64,000 nt of DNA, from the IMG/VR virus record IMGVR_UViG_3300010355_000588; one strand, 5' to 3'. This DNA is from a virus (taxonomy: Duplodnaviria; Caudoviricetes). The translations under genes were made by a program, and so were the position numbers. The notes beneath the pieces are model-generated. The model made no database searches. It saw only the letters and a program-made list of their open reading frames with translations, and was not told the DNA's origin. Position 1 is the first letter of the stretch. The number at the start of each line of letters is the position of its first letter. This document shows, piece by piece, positions 58,977 through 64,000 of the stretch.

Positions 58977-59351
58977 TTATTTCTTACGACCAAGATTGCC
59001 CTTAATTTTGTCTAGTGCGTCTTGTTGTTTGGGAGTCAAGAATTTATTCTCATCCAAGAAATCTTTAAGACCCTTCAAGAAGTCATGAAGCTTCTTCAGT
59101 CCATCGTTGTCAAGCAGGTCATCGATGAATTTCTTGGTGTTCTTGACATAGTCTTCGTTTTCCTTGAGAACCTCTCCTGCCTTCGCATAAAATTTGCTGT
59201 TCATTTCCAAAGCCTTCCTTTTTTGTGCTTTTATTTTGCGATAGTTCGTATAAGCCCTATCTTTCAAATTGTCCTGTTGGAGAGTTGAGGACATTGCCCC
59301 AGGTTGTTCCCCGACAGCTTCCATTTCTGAGATCTTCAAAAACTTCATCAT
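58977..59351 (-). CDS. Putative internal head protein (MKF leader)
   Basis: MKFLKISE-M; C-terminal FLTPKQQDALDKI. Confidence 0.55.
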   Translation of the reverse strand: MMKFLKISEMEAVGEQPGAMSSTLQQDNLKDRAYTNYRKIKAQKRKALEMNSKFYAKAGEVLKENEDYVKNTKKFIDDLLDNDGLKKLHDFLKGLKDFLDENKFLTPKQQDALDKIKGNLGRKK

Positions 59352-59611
59352 TCCATCTCAGCAGCGATGGCGTCGACGAAAGCAACCAGTTCTTTGTCGG
59401 ACATGGTGTCTTTGAAGCCGATCTTCTTGAGATGCTTCCTAATATCCGAAGCCATTCCCTTCCAATCGTCGGCATCACGTCTAGGAGTGCCTTTGCCGTC
59501 TACTATATTGAAGATGATTTTCTTGTCTTTGTCTGAGAGTGGAATGCTCTCATCCATATCTTTGTCGCAGTCGTTCTTCAATAACTTTTCGCATTTTTCG
59601 AGAAATTTCAT
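59348..59611 (-). CDS. Putative internal head protein (MKF leader)
   Basis: MKFLEKCEKLLKNDCDKDMDE-S. Confidence 0.55.
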   Translation of the reverse strand: MKFLEKCEKLLKNDCDKDMDESIPLSDKDKKIIFNIVDGKGTPRRDADDWKGMASDIRKHLKKIGFKDTMSDKELVAFVDAIAAEME

Positions 59612-59627
59612 GGTATCACAACATCCT

Positions 59628-59789
59628 TTAGTTTATGTCGAAGATCAAATATAGATAATTGTCAAATATAAAACTTGTTGCTAATCTTTTAGGAATAGTT
59701 AGCGCGGCTTGGAGTTCACATTCTAACTGAATTGTTTCTATCAGCTTCTCGTCGAGTTTTATCTTTCTGACGGTTACTGTATTTTTCAT
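59628..59789 (-). CDS. Small hypothetical protein (53 aa, below the ORF-track cutoff)
   Basis: Hand-translated as MKNTVTVRKIKLDEKLIETIQLECELQAALTIPKRLATSFIFDNYLYLIFDIN; ATGA-coupled and fills the gap exactly. Confidence 0.55.
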   Translation of the reverse strand: MKNTVTVRKIKLDEKLIETIQLECELQAALTIPKRLATSFIFDNYLYLIFDIN

Positions 59790-60709
59790 GCTTCGTCATC
59801 TCCAAACATCGCAAAGAATTCTTCGAAGGTGCTTTCCTTCATGTTCAATTTGTCATAAATGGGCTTCATGCTCATTGGTTGGAAGAATGTCTTCGAATCC
59901 ATGCGTTCTAAAGTATTTATGTTATTTAGGTCCATGGTGCACCAGATCGGACGGTAGTAAAGGGTTAGCTCGCTCGGAATAATCATCAGTTGTCCAGTGG
60001 TCAGCATTATCGATGAACCATGCTCATGAGCGTGACGTCTGAGGCGGATCGGATTCATTTGGTTGTCTTTTTTGTTGCTGACATCTGAAATAGCATCCAA
60101 CATATGAGAAGCTTCTTCTATTGTCTTGATGTCTTTTTCAACCTGCTTCTTACGAGCTTCTGAACTTTTTCTAGCATATCGGAAGTGTTCGTCTTCTGAG
60201 TCAGCCTGATATCCTGCCCAGGGAAGCCAGATGCCGTGGTTAGTTCTGACGATGGTCTGACTTTGTTTGATTTCCCTGACTTCGTGCTTGAAGACTTGCT
60301 CGGAATTTAAGGCGCCTTCCAGGAGAAAAGCTCGGTCCTGGTTGAAGATGATGGTGTTGCCGTTGAATTCTCTATCTATGAGATAGTTGACGGTATCTTC
60401 GATATCCTTTTCTAGCAAAGCCGTCCGGATGTTCTTTCCATCTGGACTTGCAAATTCTTCTCCGCGAGGCTTGGACGATTTTTGTCCTTCCTTCTCGTCG
60501 TTCTTCACAAGGGTGGCTGCTGATAGAATAGAGGTGCCAAATTCGTTGAGGCCTTCAGTATATTTGGTGTTGGAGTCGTACATGTAAAGCCGCTCAATGT
60601 CCTGGCGGAACGATTGCTTAACGACTATCCGAGGTCGATAATTTCGATCGCGATTCTTAGCACCTGTCCACCCTTTGTCTTTAAAATATTTCAGAGCCAC
60701 TATGCACAT
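59786..60709 (-). CDS. Ntn-hydrolase (Cys2 nucleophile; NRDE/peptidase C45-like)
   Basis: MCIV...AKNRDR...EGLNEFG...VRTNHG...SS.AR; late-promoter motif at 60740-60747. Confidence 0.75.
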   Translation of the reverse strand: MCIVALKYFKDKGWTGAKNRDRNYRPRIVVKQSFRQDIERLYMYDSNTKYTEGLNEFGTSILSAATLVKNDEKEGQKSSKPRGEEFASPDGKNIRTALLEKDIEDTVNYLIDREFNGNTIIFNQDRAFLLEGALNSEQVFKHEVREIKQSQTIVRTNHGIWLPWAGYQADSEDEHFRYARKSSEARKKQVEKDIKTIEEASHMLDAISDVSNKKDNQMNPIRLRRHAHEHGSSIMLTTGQLMIIPSELTLYYRPIWCTMDLNNINTLERMDSKTFFQPMSMKPIYDKLNMKESTFEEFFAMFGDDEA

Positions 60710-60811
60710 AAAGTTTCCTTTTGTAAAACGGTTGGATAATATTTATCCAAATATGTGGGGTTGACTATAAAGAATAGGGATTGATATAAAAATAAAAGAA
60801 GGAACTATTTC

Positions 60812-62476
60812 ATGGAAACTATCAAAACAACAAATCTCCAACCCCAAACTCTAAAAGAAGAAATTTTGAAATATCTAGAAATTAAAAGTAAGAATATTTT
60901 AATTTGGGACATATGTAAAGAAAGAACAAAGTTAGCCACCGAAATATTGAAAAATACTGAGTTCTTACCAAAGAGCACGAAACCTCAAATTAGAATAGAA
61001 TATTGCCTTCAGGAATTAACAGATATAAAAAGGTGTAAGTGTGGTTGCGGATCTGAAGTTTATATAACAAATAGCTATTTACCTGGACATGCTAGACGAG
61101 ACGAAGAATCTAAAAAGAAATGGTTAGAAAAAATGCAAAAAACATCTAAAGAAAGATATGGAGACGACTATTTAAAGCAATTCCTTGAAAAAGCAAAGGA
61201 ATCTACTAGAAAAAATTATGGAGTAGATTATTCATTTCAAAGCAAACAGTTTCAAAAAGACATACAAAAGATAATAAAGAAGAAATATGGAGTTTCAAAC
61301 GTTTCGCAATTAGAATCGATAAAACAGAAAAAGAAAGAATCGTTTGCTAAAACTTTTGGTTGTAGCGTAGAAGATTACAACAACGCTGATGAATTTCTTA
61401 AAAAAATAGTCAAAAGTAGATATAAAAACACATTCAGTAGATTTGATAGATTTTCTAAAGAAGTTGTTCCGATGTTCTCTTTAGAAGAATATAATGGTGG
61501 TGGTTATGATAAAGCATATAAATGGCTTTGCAAAAAATGTGGAAATGAGTTTGAACATTGGTATTGGAATGGTTGTATTCCAAAATGTCCAACTTGTTAT
61601 CCGATATGCTATTCTTCTTTTGAAATCGATGTTGCTAATTTTCTTAGCTCGTTAGATAACTCTTTAGAAATTCTAAAAAATGACAGAAAACATATTTCTC
61701 CGTTAGAATTAGATATATACTTGCCTTCAAAAAAATTAGCCTTTGAACTAAATGGTAACCATTGGCATACGGAAAATATAGGAGGTAAAGATAAAAACTA
61801 TCATTTGAACAAGACAATTGAGTGCGAGCTTAATGGAACAAGACTTATACATATTTTTGAAGATGAATGGCTAGAAAAAAATAAGATATCAAAAGCCAAG
61901 ATAAAACATCTATTAGGTCAGACAAGATATTCTATTGGCGCTAGAAAGTGTGAAATTAGGCAAATAGATAACAATATTAAAAATGTTTTTCTGGACAAGT
62001 ACCATATCCAAGGCCGCGACAAATCGTCTGTCAAGCTCTGAGCATTCTACAAGAACCGGCTAGTAGCTGTAATGACCTTCGGCAAGTCTAGATATGACAA
62101 GAAGATAGAGTGGGAGATGATTAGATTTTGCACAGTAAACAACTTTAACATAATTGGAATATGTAGCAAACTCCTAACTTATTTTGAAAAGCATTATTCT
62201 CCGTCTTCTATTATATCTTACTGTGATAAAAGATGGAGCACGGGAAAAACGTACGAAAATTGTGGTTTCAAATATTCCGGAGAATCATCGCCGAACTATT
62301 GGTATAATAAAAAGGGAGTAAGACGGATATCTAGAATGCAATATCAAAAACACATGTTAAAGGACAAATTAGAGGAGTTTGATCCGACGCTAACCGAGTG
62401 GGAGAATATGCAAAAGAATGGTTTCGATAGAATCTGGGACTGTGGTAATAAAATATTTGTCAAATCTTTTAGTTGA
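60812..62476 (+). pseudogene. Second Hef-like homing endonuclease, interrupted by an in-frame TGA
   Basis: ORFs 60812..62041 and 62072..62476 are in the same frame. SSVKL*AFYKNRLVAVMTF aligns with SSVKYGAFYKNRLVAVMTF of the intact paralog. Confidence 0.85.
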
Positions 62477-62498
62477 AATAATTCCAAGTTGTTGAAAG

Positions 62499-62506
62499 TA
62501 TAAATA
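62499..62506 (+). promoter_or_regulatory. T4-consensus late promoter TATAAATA
   Basis: Exact consensus upstream of the lipoprotein-terminase operon. Confidence 0.7.
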
Positions 62507-62534
62507 TTTCTACCAATTATTCGACGAGTATCCG

Positions 62535-62816
62535 ATGTATAAATTATTTATTGTGGCTTCTATGGCTCTGTGCATGTTCTTGAGTGGTTGCCAATATACT
62601 ATCGTCGATTCTGACGCACTCACCCAGAGACACTACATATTCGGCTTCGGTCGAGTGGAAGTTAAATCAGTAACTCCCCATTGCGTAGCCACTAAGAAAA
62701 CCCTGTTTGGCCTAGACATATTCAAGTCGCACCGTTTTGGCATAGGTCTTGGATATAAAAACGAGACTGAAGTGATAGCTGACGAGCAGTTCGAAGGAAC
62801 TATAGAAATAAAATAG
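62535..62816 (+). CDS. Small lipoprotein
   Basis: Signal peptide with lipobox FLSG-C and a beta-rich mature part. Confidence 0.7.
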   Translation: MYKLFIVASMALCMFLSGCQYTIVDSDALTQRHYIFGFGRVEVKSVTPHCVATKKTLFGLDIFKSHRFGIGLGYKNETEVIADEQFEGTIEIK

Positions 62817-62832
62817 GAAGGAACTTGAAGAA

Positions 62833-63450
62833 ATGAAGAAATATCTAATTGGGCTTGCGATGTTGCTGGTGGTTGTCTTTGGTGGTTGTAGATCCCAGAC
62901 TTGCATCGTCACGAGCACCATCTCTGGTTTGGGCATAGATGCTTCATTCGATCCACATACTCAGGTGCCACATGGTAGAATTGGTTATATCAGATCTGAA
63001 GCAGCCATTGTGCCTACTAATAGAAAAGCCGATGGAGACACTGGCGGTTCAGTTGGAGGCGGAGCAAAGGACGCCCCGAACGTCTTGCTTGAAATGAATA
63101 CAGGTGGCATCTTCAATCTATTCACTGATTCGCTCATATATCAGCGGCTTGCTATTGGAGAGACTGCAGTATCTCAACCGGGGGCTGTGGCAATGTTCTT
63201 GAAAAATAAGGATGGTGCTGTCGATGAGAAAGCCGTTGAAGCAGCTAAGGCGTTGTCTGGACTCGTCGAATCGAACAGCGACAAATTGAAGGTGAAGAGA
63301 GATATCCTAAATCTTACCGCTGACGAAAAGATCAACGCAAAGCTAGTAGAAGAACTCAAGAAGCTTAATATGGATCTCGACAAATTCATTGACGAGCAAT
63401 CCATGACAGAAAAGGAACTCAAGGAATTGTTGGACCGTGTCAGAAACTAA
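62833..63450 (+). CDS. Lipoprotein
   Basis: MKKYLIGLAMLLVVVFGG-C lipobox; beta N-terminal half and helical C-terminal half. Confidence 0.75.
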   Translation: MKKYLIGLAMLLVVVFGGCRSQTCIVTSTISGLGIDASFDPHTQVPHGRIGYIRSEAAIVPTNRKADGDTGGSVGGGAKDAPNVLLEMNTGGIFNLFTDSLIYQRLAIGETAVSQPGAVAMFLKNKDGAVDEKAVEAAKALSGLVESNSDKLKVKRDILNLTADEKINAKLVEELKKLNMDLDKFIDEQSMTEKELKELLDRVRN

Positions 63451-64000
63451 ATCACCCATAGATCTCGGGGTTATCGTATCGAAGGCTAAAGGCTTCCTGA
63501 GAGGCAACGTCCAGATTAAGGCCCCAAACCACGTCGAGCATGTCTCAGAAGATATCTTCAAGAACCGCGTCCGGGAAATCATGAGGTGTAAGGAAGATAT
63601 TTGTTACTTTGCTGAGAAATACTTCACTATTGTGTCGCCGGCTAAGGGCCAACACATTATTGAGTTATATGATAAACAAAAAGAACTGATAGAATTCTTC
63701 AAAAACACAGAACGAGCAGTCTGCCTGGCCAGCCGCCAGTCCGGAAAGACAACCTGCTATAGTATTTATATATTATGGATGATATGTTTTCACTCAGATA
63801 AGAAAATACTCATATGCGCAAATAAAGCTCAAGCTTCTTTTGAATTCGTTGGTAGAATTAGACTTGCATATGAGTTGCTTCCAAACTGGTTGAAGCCAGG
63901 TGTAAACTCATGGAACAAAAGCTCTCTTGAATTGGCTAACGGATCGAAGGTAGAAGGAACAGCTACCTCAGCTGATTCTTCAAGAGGGCGCTCCTGTAAC
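63437..64000 (+). CDS. gp17: Terminase large subunit (5' part; runs off the right edge)
   Basis: Hand-translated from GTG 63437: EIMRCKEDICYFAEKY...LYDKQ...ASRQSGKTT (Walker A)...ANK...RIRLAYELLPNWLKPGV..WNK.SLELANGS...SFRGRS. Confidence 0.93.
   Translation, partial: MSETKSPIDLGVIVSKAKGFLRGNVQIKAPNHVEHVSEDIFKNRVREIMRCKEDICYFAEKYFTIVSPAKGQHIIELYDKQKELIEFFKNTERAVCLASRQSGKTTCYSIYILWMICFHSDKKILICANKAQASFEFVGRIRLAYELLPNWLKPGVNSWNKSSLELANGSKVEGTATSADSSRGRSCN

Noticed and set aside
62039-62041. Genome-wide TGA-to-Gly recoding (code 25), suggested by TGA at a conserved Gly
   Set aside because: TGA is a genuine stop at many coupled ATGA junctions (e.g. 19439, 29756, 45553, 49574, 59786) and the other long genes are uninterrupted. 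One GGA-to-TGA change explains this case.
60720-62530. Target-site duplication around the second Hef-like gene
   Set aside because: Only a loose AT-rich resemblance (TAATATTTATCCAA vs TAAATATTTCTACCAA) that overlaps promoter motifs; not a convincing repeat.

Overview
This is a 64-kb segment of a large T4-like myophage genome in the standard genetic code. I saw no tRNA, rRNA, CRISPR array or reverse transcriptase. Virion genes dominate: fibre/adhesin and Kelch/LamG proteins, baseplate gp25, gp6, gp53, hub and gp48/gp54-like proteins, a gp5 spike plus PAAR, tape measure, gp26/gp51-like chaperones, tube gp19, sheath gp18, neck gp13/gp14, and the 5' part of terminase gp17. Also present are UvsW, a UvsY-like protein, a DinG-like helicase, an early-gene island with repeated sigma70 promoter-RBS cassettes, and two Hef-like nuclease genes. 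Most notable observations: (1) about 11 unrelated proteins, including a CapA-family metallo-enzyme and a nuclease-like protein, share an MKF...(I/L)xE N-terminal leader resembling the T4 capsid-targeting propeptide. (2) One of these genes and one nuclease gene are antisense insertions bounded by perfect 26-bp and 22-bp direct repeats that rebuild the interrupted site. Together (1) and (2) suggest a modular system for capturing capsid-packaged payload genes. (3) There is an unannotated -1 frameshift site (T TTT TTT) that would fuse the gp26-like and gp51-like frames just before the tape measure gene. (4) [LIV]-S-[AG] is strongly enriched in predicted exterior virion proteins and is a candidate modification sequon. 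(5) The gp5 spike has a long C-terminal extension like an evolved VgrG. All family assignments come from motifs recognised by eye and from gene order, not from database searches.
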